A DNA stretch of 64,000 nt from Octopus vulgaris (taxonomy: Eukaryota). The notes beneath the pieces were generated by a model. That model saw only the letters and a program-made list of their open reading frames with translations, had not been told where the DNA came from and made no database searches. Each line of letters opens with the position of its first letter. The stretch's first letter is position 1. The stretch covers positions 72,602,001 through 72,666,000 of the forward strand of contig OX597822.1 in NCBI GenBank assembly GCA_951406725.2, read 5' to 3'. Shown here in pieces: positions 1-13,470 of the stretch. The position numbers were made by a program, and so were the translations under genes.

Positions 1-170
1 ATGTATATATGTATGCATGTCTTAAAATATATGTATGCATGTCTTGAAATATATGTATATACATATGCAGTCGCACACTTATATATACATACAAACATAT
101 ATAGTCATATATATATATATAGATAGACAGAGAGACAGATAGATAGATAGATGGACAGACCTATAGAGAA

Positions 171-216
<46 letters not shown>

Positions 217-847
217 TTGATAGACAGACAGATAGATATAATACATACATATATACATATATAGAGAGAGATATAGATATGATGACTAGAGAAGAACTAA
301 AAGAAAACAATAAAGGTTTCAGTCTTGCCAGTCACATGAATTTAAACAAAGAAGACTAAAATGTGTATTACATGCCATACATGATAAATGCTTATTTTAA
401 TGAAATTATAACCCTTGCATTAATAAATTGTAAATAGTTAACGTGAATAGAAGCTGAAGAGAATAATTAGTATAGGGTAGTAGTAGTAGTATGAATTTGG
501 TAAAGAAAAATGAATAAAAGAAATTAAATATCATGGGAGATTATTTCTTGTTCTGAATTCGTGAGAAAGTAAGCCAACACCTGGTGGCACTTTGTAGAAA
601 CTATTCCATGCGTGTGCGTGTGTGTGAGTGCGATCGTTTGTGTGTGTGCGTGTGTGCGATCGTTTGTGGGGGTGTGTGGGGGGTGTAATTCACTCAGGAT
701 TGGTATATGGAAACTATATTACATATATGTATATGTCTTTATAATATATGTATATGTATACATAAATCTAATATATAAATATACACGTATATATATATAT
801 ATATATATACATATGTATATATATATATGAAATTTATGTTTATGTAG

Positions 848-882
<35 letters not shown>

Positions 883-911
883 CATGCATGCATACATATA
901 TATATATATAT

Positions 912-1857
912 CTTGTTTGTATGTCCTGTACTCTACTTTTTCGTTGTTTAAAAAAATGTCCATTTTCTCGGTTTTGTGTTTATGTTTTCGTTTCTCATTG
1001 TGTTCGTCGTTTTTTTGGTGTCCTGTACCCATATATGCATGTATATATACATGTAGAGGTAGGTACGTACATATATGTATGTATAAATGCATGTTTTATT
1101 TATTTATTTATATATGACTGAACGCACGCATCCATTTCTAAGTAAGATTGTTCTTAATATTAATACTGATGCGCACTCTTAACCTTTCTCCCTCCCTCCC
1201 TTTCTCAGCCTTCATTCTTTTTCTTCTACCTTACTGTCTCTCCCTCTCTCTCTCTCATTCTTCATTCTTTTCTCTACCACCATCCCCGTTTTTTCTCTCC
1301 CTTTATCTTACTCCTCCTCCCCCCTCCCGTCGCGGTCACGTGATGAGATGCCTATTTCTGTCTTTTCTTCTCCAGCTTCCTCCAAGTAGGGACGGTAAAA
1401 TCTGTTGCTCTGCCGATCCCAAAGAATAGCGTTCGTAAAAAAAATTCTTATCTCGTTTGGCTTAATAGCCCTCCTTGTTTGTGTTACTGTTATTCTCCGT
1501 TGTCCTGTTTATATTTTGTACTGTCGTTACTGTCCTGTTTTTGTTACCAGTTCCCCCCCCCCGCAGAAAAATCTCAAATTTTATTTAATTTGATTTCCGC
1601 GGGAAGGAAAATTTCATTGAAGTCATGTATCGCCTGACCTTCGAAACGTGGAGTAGATGAAATTAAGGCGACTGAAGAAGGGGAATTTTCCTTGTTTTTA
1701 TGTCCTGTACTCTATTTTTTCGTTGTTTAAAAAATGTCCATTTCCTCGGTTTTGTGTTTATGTTTTCGTTTCTCATTGTGTTCGACGTTTTTTTGGTGTC
1801 CTGTACCCATATATGCATGCATGTATATATACATGTAGAGGTAGGTATGTACATATA
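912..1857 (+). mobile_element. Non-autonomous terminally redundant (Penelope/retrozyme-like) element, ~779-nt unit, in (TA)n
   Basis: ~165-bp direct repeat at 912-1075 and 1691-1857 (offset 779); non-coding pyrimidine-rich interior; hammerhead-core structure at 1549-1687; TA microsatellite on both sides. Confidence 0.75.
1549..1687 (+). ncRNA. Candidate permuted hammerhead ribozyme, copy A (predicted cleavage after GUA 1627-1629)
   Basis: GTA 1627-29, GAAA 1643-46, CTGAAGA 1672-78. Stem III catgt/acgtg, stem I tcgcct/aggcga, stem II gaagg/ccttc. Extra helices aatttcat/atgaaatt and agttcccc/ggggaatt; hairpin ccgc..gcgg (1561-1602). Confidence 0.7.
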
Positions 1858-1865
1858 TTATTATG

Positions 1866-1909
<44 letters not shown>

Positions 1910-2900
1910 ATTTCAGAGATGGAGAAATGAACACATATATATATATATATATGTATATATAACTTTATTTATTGGCCACACAGGGCTGAACACAGAGGGG
2001 ACAAATAGATTAGTATAATGGGCGAATATTAATATTTTAAATGATACATATCTGAATGCTATTCCATCGTGTCAGCTGGAATATCTATGTCAATGGAAGC
2101 TATCTTTCAAAGTTATTGTTATTTACATATGCGGCATGAACATGTAGTGGATACAATGTTTCTGACAATAGACATACACGCGGGCGTGTTAAATATGTTT
2201 GACTCACTTAACATAGCTTATAATTTCGTCATGAAATGCACATATCCTATGACCCCAAGAAATTTAAACCATGACCAGCCGGGCGCCTTTTTTCGATTGC
2301 TTACACGTGAACGAAAGGGTGTGCTGAAATGCTTCTGGCTTGGGGTAAAATATAATACAAGAGTTAGTTATGATTTTATTGAACTTATTGTCCTCTCGGA
2401 TTTATACTTTTATTGCATCGGTCCTTCGGGGTTTTCTAAGCCCTACAAAAGAACTTGGTAGATTGGGCCTCCAAGCAGGTCTTTCACGATACCCTTAAAG
2501 TCATGAACTTTTCAGCATCCTCTCGTAGCCAGTTCTTTAGACAACACGACACTGATGACGGAGGTAAGACTGATGACGTAGGTAAAAAAATATAGTTCGT
2601 AAGAACTGCTTGATATACTCAAGCCAGCTTACAAAGTGGCTTGTAGCTGAGATCAGTTAGAAAATATTAGGATTTGATTCTGCAAGAACACGCAGACATG
2701 CACATACACGTACACTCGTGCTCAGGCATACCAACACCCTCATATTCAATCACACGAAGGTACGCGTACGCACCTATCTAATAAAACTGATATAATATTT
2801 AAATCATGGAAGAAAAGGAAAACAGAATAACCTCCTCAACAGATAAAACAGCAAACCAGTAGCTGAACTTCATATTTACACGTTCCAACGAAAATATGTA

Positions 2901-3062
2901 GGCGTAGGAGTGGCTGTGTGGTAAGTAGATTGCTTACGAACCACATGGTTCCGGATTTAGTCCCATTACGTGGCACCTTGGGCAGGTGTCTTCTACTGTA
3001 GCCTCGGGCCGACCAAAGCCTTGTGAGTGGACTAGGTAGACGGAAACTGAAAGAAGCCCGTC

Positions 3063-3110
<48 letters not shown>

Positions 3111-3330
3111 ATGTGTATATATATGTTTGTGTGTCCGCGTTTGTTCCCCCAACATCACTTGACAACTGATGCTGGTGTGTTTATGTCCCCGTAACTTAGT
3201 GATTCGGCAAAAGAGACCGATAGAATAAGTACTAGGTATACAAACAATAAGTGCTGGGGTCGATTTGCTCGACTAAAGGCGGTGCTCCAGCATGGCCACA
3301 GTCAAATGACTGAAACAAGTAAAAGAGTAA
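2901..3330 (+). mobile_element. tRNA-derived SINE (family 1, internal TA/TG microsatellite), full length
   Basis: A-box-like tggctgtgtggt and B-box-like head; tail ggcggtgctccagcatggcc..gaaacaagtaaaagag; about 10 related copies in the window. Confidence 0.85.
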
Positions 3331-4011
3331 GTTGTAACCTTCGTGACTGAAGCTGCAACATCGAATCTATAATTCCGCGATTTTTGTCGCGATTTTTATT
3401 ATGCATTTGTTACAATTAGTCATCACACCTCCACATCGTATGGGATACGGAATAAAATTAGACGCAAAATAATTATTTGAAGGTGTTACAAATTTATATG
3501 TAATTTTCCTAATTCGTAGAAATAAATAAGGAAGCGTTACAAATAACAACATACAAACAGAAGTTAATGCATAGACAAATGATTTCCAAAACAAATTACT
3601 GAATGCAACATGATTTAATGGTTGTATAAATGCTATATTGAGCATTGGTGCTTTTATCGTTCAGAAAAAAAAATTGCGATGTGCATTTTTGACTAGTTGC
3701 ATAATGCGTGAACAATACGACATTCTTACCGTCAAAAATTCTCATGATCGATTCGTGTCTGTCTTGAAGTGTTAATTAATTTTGTAATTTATGCATTTAA
3801 GAATGCTGTGGTTTCAGTGTATTAAATTATACATGAGCATCAATAAAGAAATCAGCGTAATCAGCAAAATTCGTCGCAGTAATTTACTTATATATACACA
3901 CATATATCGTTATATAGATAGATCTATGTGTGTATATGTATGTGTATGCGCGAAAACGTATGTGTGTATATATATGTGTATGCGCGAAAGCGTATGTGTG
4001 CGTGAGTACAT

Positions 4012-4111
<100 letters not shown>

Positions 4112-4194
4112 TGGGGAAGAGAAAGAGGGAAAGTAATAGATATCTCCAGGTATCATGTACACACACACAAACAAATATATATATATATATATAT

Positions 4195-4238
<44 letters not shown>

Positions 4239-7065
4239 TTGATTTATTAAATTTATCTCCCTTTCTATAGGATGTCTTAAATGGCATTGAAGATCACCTC
4301 CTCTTCATAAAGGGAGATGATCTCAAGAATCAAGAATAGTCCGAAGTTGATATGCCATTACGAAAAGACGAAACTTATTTTCTGGACATAAAAAACAGTT
4401 GGGGACAAGTGATTCTGGCTCAATAACCGTGATCAACATATTTGACCAATCTCATGATAAATAACGTGTTTAGCAATCCGTTGGTTCGCTACCGTATAAA
4501 ATTGACTATTTATTGTAAATGCATAATCCACCTACAAAATACTTCTGCGTAAGTCACCCATGTGAAATAAAGGAAACCCGGAAACTCACTCGATACCTCA
4601 GTTCAGCCCTCTGTTTACAGATAATCTTTTTTTTATACCACCTAGTTTATTGTACGCTTTCGTATGACCAAATTTAGTTTTAAATTGGCGGCCGAATTAC
4701 GTGTCGGGAGGTGTTGTGACCATTCGATCCCTTCGTTTGATAATTTTATTTCCCTATCTTTTCACATTCATTCTATTTTTATTAACTGCAGCATGACGTT
4801 AAGTATTTTTTAAAACAGAGAATTACCTAGCCATAACGTGTAATTGAAGTTTTTGAGCAGACTATTTAAACATTTATTGGTTCGTTGTTCTTAAATGGAC
4901 AAGCTGGGAATTTCAAGATGTCCTATACCTCATATGAGTGTTGTGGCCTAACACTGAGATACCATTTGCTTTGGCGGGTATTATTTTTTTTATAATAAAC
5001 TATCCATTAAAAAAAATAATGCACCAATTTCTTTCTAATGTCTTATTTAAAATTTCAGTTACGTGGTTCTTCTAGATAATCATCAGATCGTGTTAATGAA
5101 TTTAAATTCACGTTCCTTTCATATGGCAGAGAATGAGGAAGGAAAAAAAGAAACTGATAAAACTTCAACGTGACTTTGTTTATTGACCAGACGGCTCAAA
5201 TTTTAATAACATCATTGGACAAGATGGTTGACTGCTCTGCTTACCAATTGGATTTTGACCCTATACAAGCTGAAATATATTTGCCACTGAGTTGGTTGAA
5301 TGTAGAATGAAATGCTTTGTCCATTGACACAATGTGCTGCTCATTCTGGTCAAGCTAATCTAGAATTGGTCGGTATTGTCCTACGATCATTACAAATCAG
5401 TATGTGGTATAGCATGCCGTACGGCTTATTTTCCGGAGGGGTGTGGAGGTAGAAAACATCAAAATATGAATATCTGATACCATAATATCTGGGGCCAAGA
5501 AAGGTAGCTGGGTCTAAGAGAGTGGTAGCGTTGATGATAAGAAAAGAAGCAGGAAAATGGAAACGGTGATTAGTATGTGTCAGTATAGTCATGTGTGAAT
5601 CTGTGTGTGTGTGTGTATGGGCCTATTTGAATAAATGAATAGATATGAATTGCACCTAAAGAAGATAAGGCACGTTATTGATAAAGTCGTAAATGGCGAC
5701 GAAACGACGCTAACAAACCTAGCTGATTGACTAATTAATTGACAGAATAAATGATCAATCAATAAGTTAATTCGTTAAATAGTTAACTAATTGACTAATA
5801 ATAATAAACGAAATGAAATAAAACCAGCGCGTGTATTTGATATTGGCATAATGACCCTTCCAGGGTGCTGCAAAATCTTGCTATTTTTTAAGGTGCTTTA
5901 AAACTATTTTGATTGTAGATGCTTCAAGTTCTTTTAACATTAATATCTCTCCTGCTCTATTTCACTGATGTGATTTCAAATGCCTCCACTTTAATTTAGA
6001 AACACGCAAAGCTTCTCTACCGAAATTCTTTTGTGAACAAATGCCAAGGTCAAATCAGAAAAAGACAGGAATTTTTGAGAAAGAAATTAACCAACTAACA
6101 GGCATAATAAATTACAATCTATAAGCGGAACTGTAACAATATACAAAATTTGTTTCAAGTCCATAATGCGAAATTGTTTTGTAATCTACATTCCTACACT
6201 GGAGATTTGTATCGAAGACATCACACGCAAATACACGAACGTGTTCAAACGCAGTTTCACATACAAACATACACATGGCGATATATATTTACAAGGCGTA
6301 TATACACTCTACAAACCTCTCCCATTTATTATGAACGCAATGTTTGATCTCTATACTCGGTGCGGCAAACAAACGTTTGTTTCAGTATTACATTTGCTTC
6401 AGTCGAGTAAGACTCTGCATGAAGTATAATGAAGATAGAGAAAAGAAGAATAGGTTAATGTGTACGTATAAATATGAAGTTGAGATGAGAGGCTTGTGTA
6501 ATCGTGGGAGGAAAGTAAAAAAAAAAAAGCACTCGTTGTAAAGTAAGTATTAATTAAGATCAGTTCATTTTGCGGAAGCCGGATTTCAAATATACGTTCA
6601 ATATTTAACTTTGAAATATCGTATTGTATTTGTTTCAATACACGCGACAATTCACTATGATGTTTACATACACTATTCTTTACCTTGATGCACATGATAA
6701 AGTAGAGTATTCCGAGTGGTTGCAAAGACAAAAGAGTAGCAGGGGAGGTAGGCAAAGCATTTCCGGTTAAATATTGTATTTAGAATACAATATTTATCTC
6801 ATGAAATCCACAGGCCTTACAAAGCAGAATTGCAATTGGTTTCCTTTTACAATCAACAAAGAGAACAATAACAATGGTCCTTTATTGTTGTTACAAAATA
6901 ATAGTTTTTAACAGTCTTTTTATAATGTTTCCTACACTTGCATCGTAATAATAAACCACAATTCATTAACATCTTAAGCAAAAAAAAAAAACTAAAAATT
7001 AAATAAAAATTAAATAAAACTGTCCTAACTACAAACGTTCAACACATGTTTAAAGTAATAATAAG

Positions 7066-7072
7066 AATAATG

Positions 7073-7132
<60 letters not shown>

Positions 7133-7215
7133 GTAACAGTATCAACAACTATAAGAACTAACATAACAACAACAATGATGATGATGGTGATCATGATCAT
7201 GATGACGATGATGAT
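7066..7215. repeat. (TAA)n / (GAT)n microsatellite
   Basis: Seen directly. Confidence 0.95.
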
Positions 7216-7776
7216 GAAGATATAAAAATCAGAAGGAAGCCAATAAAACAAAAGAATGCTGAACAATAACAAACATGGAAGAAATAAACGGTAAAAACCG
7301 TCTTGTTGGCTATAAAGAAAATTACCATATTGGTTGATTTCATTTCCAACTACATTCTTTTGAATTTCCCTTTAAATGAAATGGAAGACTAATTAAAGTT
7401 GATTTTATCGAGCGATATCCCGTATATTATAGAAACAATAAAAACATACATGTAGTTATCAACAACGTTCATACACAGCACGCCGTTACGTGAATAAACT
7501 TTTGCATATATTCAGCATAAAACTTACAACACGTTTATGAGATATCCGACATTGTGGAATATGCTGCAAACTTCTATGATATAAATAATATGAGCATACA
7601 GATATACAACACGAAGCAAAACAAACAGATGAACTGGCACAGACGCCAGATATATATAAACATTCAAAACAATACGGAAACATATATACTCGTATCTACA
7701 CAAACAGGTACATATGTAAATACATACATACACGGCCATTATATATATGTATGTATGTTTATATGTATCTATGTAA

Positions 7777-7815
<39 letters not shown>

Positions 7816-8289
7816 CATACATACATACACACACACATATATATGCATTTATTTATACACACACATATGCAATATTTATAATATATAACAATATTTTATA
7901 AACATTTTGAATGCATATATGTATATAATGTATATACATACATGCATACATAAATACATATATATTGCATACATACGTTGGTACGTACGTAAAGACGTAT
8001 ATAGGCGGGAACATACGTTTATACGTACATACATACGTACATACATACATACATGTATACATACATATATATATATATAGAGAGAGAGAGACAAAAAAAA
8101 CACTGTAGTGTTTATGAGTTTCTGTGTACTAAACGCATTGGATTTAAAGATACTCCAACTGGTTTATGATTTGGTGTGTTACAAAGAAAACCTAGTAAAC
8201 TATAGATCAATGGAACAGTACGACACTGCCATATAAATACAACAGGCTAATAAATATATATATATATAATACATACGTATATATATCAT

Positions 8290-8485
8290 ACATTCGCCAT
8301 GATAGATTGGTAGCCACTACACACATTTTTATTCTCTCTTTGATTCTTTCTGTGTTCCTTTCTGTGGAAGAGCGTAGGCTCGAAACGTTAAAGACTTTTT
8401 CAATTCCTGAGCGTTATACTAATACATCTGTTTGTTTTCTACACCACCTGTTTTCGTCTTTTTTTTTTCGTGAATTCTCCCACTA
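8290..8485 (+). mobile_element. Penelope-like terminal fragment with atypical minimal HHR-like motif (8358-8393)
   Basis: cttt-CTGTGGAA-gagc gtag gctc-GAAAC-GTT-aaag; homologous minus-strand copy at 37552-37587. Confidence 0.5.
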
Positions 8486-8527
8486 TACATACGTAGACTT
8501 ACACAAACGTATGCATAAATATAATAT

Positions 8528-8691
8528 AGGCGTTGGAGTGGATGTGTGGTAAGTAGCTTGCTTACCAGCCACATGGTTCCGGGTTCAGTGCCACTGTGTG
8601 GCACTTTGGGTAAGTGTCTTCTACTATAACCTCGGGCCGACCAAATCCTTGTGAGTGGATTTACTAGACGAAAATTAAAAGAAGCCCGTCG

Positions 8692-8724
<33 letters not shown>

Positions 8725-8935
8725 GTGTTTGTGTGTGTCTGTGTTTGTCCCCCCCAACATGTCAACCGAATCTGGTGTCTTTACGTCCCCGTAACTTAGC
8801 GGTTCGGCCTAAGAGTTCGATAGAATAAGTACTAGGCTTACAAAGAATAAGTCCTGGGGTCGATTTGCTCGACTAAAGGCGGTACTCCAGTATAGCCTTA
8901 GTCAAATGACTGAAACAAGCAAAAGTGTAAAAGAG
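8528..8935 (+). mobile_element. SINE family 1, full length
   Basis: Colinear with 2901-3330. Confidence 0.85.
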
Positions 8936-9409
8936 TATGTATACACACAGACACATGCACACACGCGTAATATATGCACATATACATATTTACGTATATA
9001 CAAATATGTTTTATGAAGGTTTCCTTTGTACCTTGAACCGAGCTATAGTTAAGGGGATTCACACCGCTACAACATTAAAAATTCTTTTATTTTGAGAAAA
9101 TAGGAGACGTATATCTACTACTCATATATCGAAGTATTCTAATACTTTTCAGCGAAGCAGCTTAATAAGAAATACATGCAGTTACATGTGTGAGTGTGTG
9201 ACCGTGTGTTCTCATTTTTGTGGGTGTTCGAACGCGTTTGTATCATGAATATAGCTACCTATAAATATATGCCTGTAGGTATAAAATAATCTCTCTGTTA
9301 GCCTCTCAATGTGTCTGGATATGTATCCATTTATATAGATGCATTTATCTATATATCTATATATTTGTTTTGCAAGATTTTTGATGGGAAATCGTGTGTT
9401 GAAACAGAC

Positions 9410-9607
9410 ATTGTTGAATTTAGGAATGGTCATTTTGCCAGTTTAGCCAATAAAAACACACGCACTATATATTTGGTGTTACTGGCCGAAATAAGATTAA
9501 GATTAATGTAAAAAATAAATAACACTGAAGCACAGTAACACCAAATATATAGTGCGTGTGTTTTTATTGGCTAAACTGGCAAAATGACCATTCCTAAATA
9601 CAACAAT
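9410..9607. repeat. Fold-back inverted repeat, 75-bp arms, 48-bp spacer
   Basis: 9410-9484 is the near-perfect reverse complement of 9533-9607. Confidence 0.9.
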
Positions 9608-9839
9608 ATCTATATATCTTCAAACTTATATTCCCCCTTCTCTCTCTTCCCGTTTCTCACTATATATATAAATGTAATACATTATAACATACGAATTGAG
9701 CTCTGTAATTTATCGCTTCTGGCAAATAAACATAGATTGATGTATATATGTATATATGTTTTTATGCCTGTATGTATATAGTTATGTTTGTTTATATGTA
9801 CACACATACACACTCGCACTCACACACACACATACATAT

Positions 9840-10600
9840 ACATACATGCATACGCACTAAAGCTACGCTATATTGTTCCTTCGGGCGAAACACCCGTGAG
9901 AGCAAACACCGCCATAGACTTTGGGGTAACTCTCAACAGAAGCTGGACTGCCTACAAAACAACAACGTTGAAATGGCAAGCTAAACGTGCCCCTGGATCG
10001 TAAAGTCTTTGCTGTATAGATATTCCCTGACCATTATTTTGCTCTTCACTATCACGCAATTTCCTCAATTTGAATATTGTTGTCAGCATTATTGTCTCCC
10101 TACATAAAACAAAATATAAAATTTGAAACCCGCCAGTGACCAATCAAACACTCGCGCAAATAGAGAACATGACAGGTCTTGATTACTTCAAGCCACACAG
10201 AGCACTATATCATTTGTACGATGTGGAGTATATTCCACCAAAATTGCCCAAAGTATGTTGGCATCAACTTTAAAAGTGACCTTATGCTTTTCCCGTGCCA
10301 AGCTCCTAAAATATTGCGCTCGATTCACATCATATCATTACGGTAGAACTATTTCTTTTCCACTGCTCTATTCTCTTTAACAACTTACAAGGACACACAA
10401 GGGGGAAAGATCTCACAACATTCAAAGGGTTTGGGGAGAAATTCCTCTAGCAAATTCCAGGCAAACCACCAACATCCAGATATATTTCTACAAACAAGAG
10501 CTGTTTACATGAATATGTTATGGTACCTAAATTATGACTGTAACATGGAACATTAAGTGTTTTCTCTAGGTGGTGCTTTCAAGTTAGACACGGCAGGGAT
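9840..10600 (+). mobile_element. Highly degenerate CR1/L2-like LINE 3' remnant
   Basis: Broken peptides resembling the ORF2 C-terminus (LFN..,KFL.QIPGKP) followed by a ggtggtgct tail like that of the 10760-11090 element; boundaries approximate. Confidence 0.4.
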
Positions 10601-10759
10601 CACATAAGCATCTATGTATAGCGAGATTTTAAGTATTTCCCCGTCTTACCAAGTATGTTTGCACGCATAGTATTTTTTCAGCTCTTACAAGGGTTAACAA
10701 TTCTTAAACACCAGTTTGCCATTCGCTGAATGTAGGAATTTGACTTATATCTTTATATC

Positions 10760-11090
10760 CTTAAAAATCCTTTAAAATGTTTTAGCCCGAAGGCCGCGGC
10801 CATGCTGGAGCACCACCGCTGAATGAGCTACACAAGTTTGTGAATCCACCTCTGATACGTGGCACTTGATCAACAAGGGAGTTCGATGCTGCTGCCCGCA
10901 TCCGTGTCTCCTGTCGTGAGGTAGGTTCATCTGGGACTCCCAACAAGAAGAGATCCAGTTTAGTTTTAAAGAAACCCACATCCACACCATGTAAGTCTCT
11001 CAGGCATTTAGGGAGGATGTTAAAGAGCTGTGGTCCTCTGAAACCCAAGCTGTTGCAGTATCTGGACCTGTATTGATACCTAATATTTAT
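10760..11090 (-). mobile_element. CR1/L2-like LINE 3' end (ORF2 C-terminus and 3' UTR), 5'-truncated
   Basis: Peptide NSLGFRGPQLFNILP..FKTKLDLFLLGVPDEP..AASNSLVDQV is typical of CR1-group ORF2 ends; 3' UTR stem-loop shared with SINE family 1. Confidence 0.75.
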
Positions 11091-11542
11091 TTCGGTAGGT
11101 AGACTGCCTGTGACTATGTAGACAGACACAACACAAGTCGCTTCGCGTTGTTGTAGTTTTCGAATTTTACTCGAAGGAATCGACTCCAATAGGCATTCTC
11201 ACGGACCGTTAATTTTTGAACGCCATGCGTTAGTGATGGGCAGTGGAGCGTGGATTCTAATAATAGCATTGTGCTGAAACATGAGAAAGTGGAGCCGTAC
11301 CGTCCACAAGGGCTCATTTATGACTGTAAAGATATTAAGCACCTATGACTGGCTGTTCTGAATGGCAAATCGATATATATTAACCATAACATATAACACA
11401 TGAATGGCTGTGAAGTGGCAGCATCGTAGCACACGTACTAACAATTCTACCACCTCATGGCCTTTCATGCGCTACTCGTTACGGTTCACATATATACGTG
11501 TATGTGTGCTTGTGTGTGTGGTGTGAGTGTGTGTGCGCGCGC

Positions 11543-11592
<50 letters not shown>

Positions 11593-13077
11593 ATGTATGT
11601 GTCGTGTGTGTGTGTGTATGTGGTGTGTGTGTGTGTGTATGTATATATATATACAATGCCCTGTTTTTGTGATAGAAACTTCAACAAAAAAGTACTCTAT
11701 TTGCTGAGAGATAAAAATTATTTATTTAAAGGACGAGTGTTTTAACGATATTTTTAATCATTTGCATATAAGTGATATACATAATCCTATGTAAAGCAAC
11801 ACACGCACACACGCAAGTACGCACGCATACACACACACGCGCGCGCATATATATGTATGTAAATTGGTTTATATGTCTGTGTACAGTTGTCTTTATCTAT
11901 ATGAGTTTGTACATAAAACAAAAAGAAAACATGTTCAAAATAATCATATGTTAGATGTAGATATATAAAAGGTGGTTTGCATAAACAAAAAGCTCGGGAA
12001 AATGACATAATGTAAAGTAAAAACAAAGGACAGAGCGAATAAGAAATGAACGAAAAGATTGTGCTAAGAGAAAAAAAATGAAAAGAAAAGATAATACAGT
12101 GAGAATAAATAGCCAGAGGGTGAAAAGATGGAAAAGAAATGGAAGTGAATCAGAATAATGAAGAGGAGTAAATGGAAGTGGAAATCAATGCTTGCAGAGA
12201 ATATCCCAAGTTTCAAAGACAAAAACTTTTCGCTAAATAGACTTGGCGCAGAGTAAGTCACGTGGTAGGTGTCTTATGTGATGTTGGTGCAGAGTTAGTT
12301 ACGCGTGCCAGTGTTTTCTATGAATTTTGGCGCATAGTAGGTCACGTGGTCTGAATTCTATAATGGAAGCCGTTTGTGAACTGAACATTTATAGTGTTTG
12401 TGAGCATTACGGAAAGTCACGAATATTCCCCGCCCTTTCAGCACATTTTTTAACTCTCCCAGACACTCATACACATTTACACGCAAATACCCACATATAC
12501 ACACATACAATTACAATTTCTCTCACTCGCATTCATTCAAACATAGAGAGGCTAGCGCACATAATGGCATTATAACAAAAATTGTTACAGCCATTTAAAG
12601 ACAATCATTGCTGCACATTCCCACCTCTACTTCCTTTCATGGAGACACATATATATTCACATCGAAAATGTGTAGATAAAAGCTGAAAACTGAATACTAT
12701 CATACAAATAGAAACATACAGAGAGTTACACACACTCACACACACACACTCGAGACATACACAGGGACACAAAGAAATGGTCATACATTTTAAAGGCAAC
12801 AAAAACACAAGTACAAAAACACAAGTACAAATATACCTATTTGAGAAACTCACGGTGTCTAAATTATGAGAAGTTTATAATATGTTCATACAACTCACAG
12901 TGCAAACTAAATAAGCGTCTCTCCGTGAAACCCCGTTTCCGACAACGATACAGGCATTGCAAGACTCAAAATATCACGGTCACTTCAAATCTGCGGGACC
13001 AAATCAATTTGTCAGGTTCTATTAACCTCAAACAACGCACCCCAAAGTAATATACATACATATATGTATGTATGTAC

Positions 13078-13138
<61 letters not shown>

Positions 13139-13292
13139 TATAAGAAAATAGTAAAGTGTGAAAAAACGACAGAAGGCTTAAATGTTAAAAAATATATATA
13201 TTTGTGTCAAAATGTCTGGAGAATATTGGAAAAATTTTTTTTTTTTTTTTTTTTTTTCCTTTCCTTAAAATGATATAATTTTAAAATTTTTA

Positions 13293-13332
13293 AAGAAATT
13301 ACCGGTTTCGCGTGTAGCTTTTCAAATTTCTT
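13293..13332 (-). ncRNA. Minimal type-I hammerhead ribozyme (U3-A8 variant), inverted copy
   Basis: Reverse complement of 18206-18245. Confidence 0.7.
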
Positions 13333-13470
13333 GTGACGTTATGTTTATATTGCATGGAATTATCGTTGTTTTTATTTCCAGGAGATTTCTAAATAAGGGG
13401 AGGTAGTGAGTGATTTTTTCCGGTGTAGGGGAGATAATCGCTTAAAAATTTTTTTTTTCCCATTTCCTTG

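Noticed and set aside
1610-1664. Reading as a degenerate type-I HHR with aatttcat/atgaaatt as stem I
   Set aside because: No CUGANGA at the required position; the permuted fold uses the intact downstream CTGAAGA and explains more helices.
2552-2577. Two CTGATGA motifs
   Set aside because: Short tandem duplication with no matching GAAA or stems.
2836-3165. Recurring peptide [25 protein letters not shown] (also ~8.5, 22.7, 26.7, 49.5, 62.2 kb)
   Set aside because: Antisense translation of SINE family 1, not a gene family.
4265-4900. Possible Tc1-like remnant
   Set aside because: Too degenerate; no TIR pair or convincing transposase motif.
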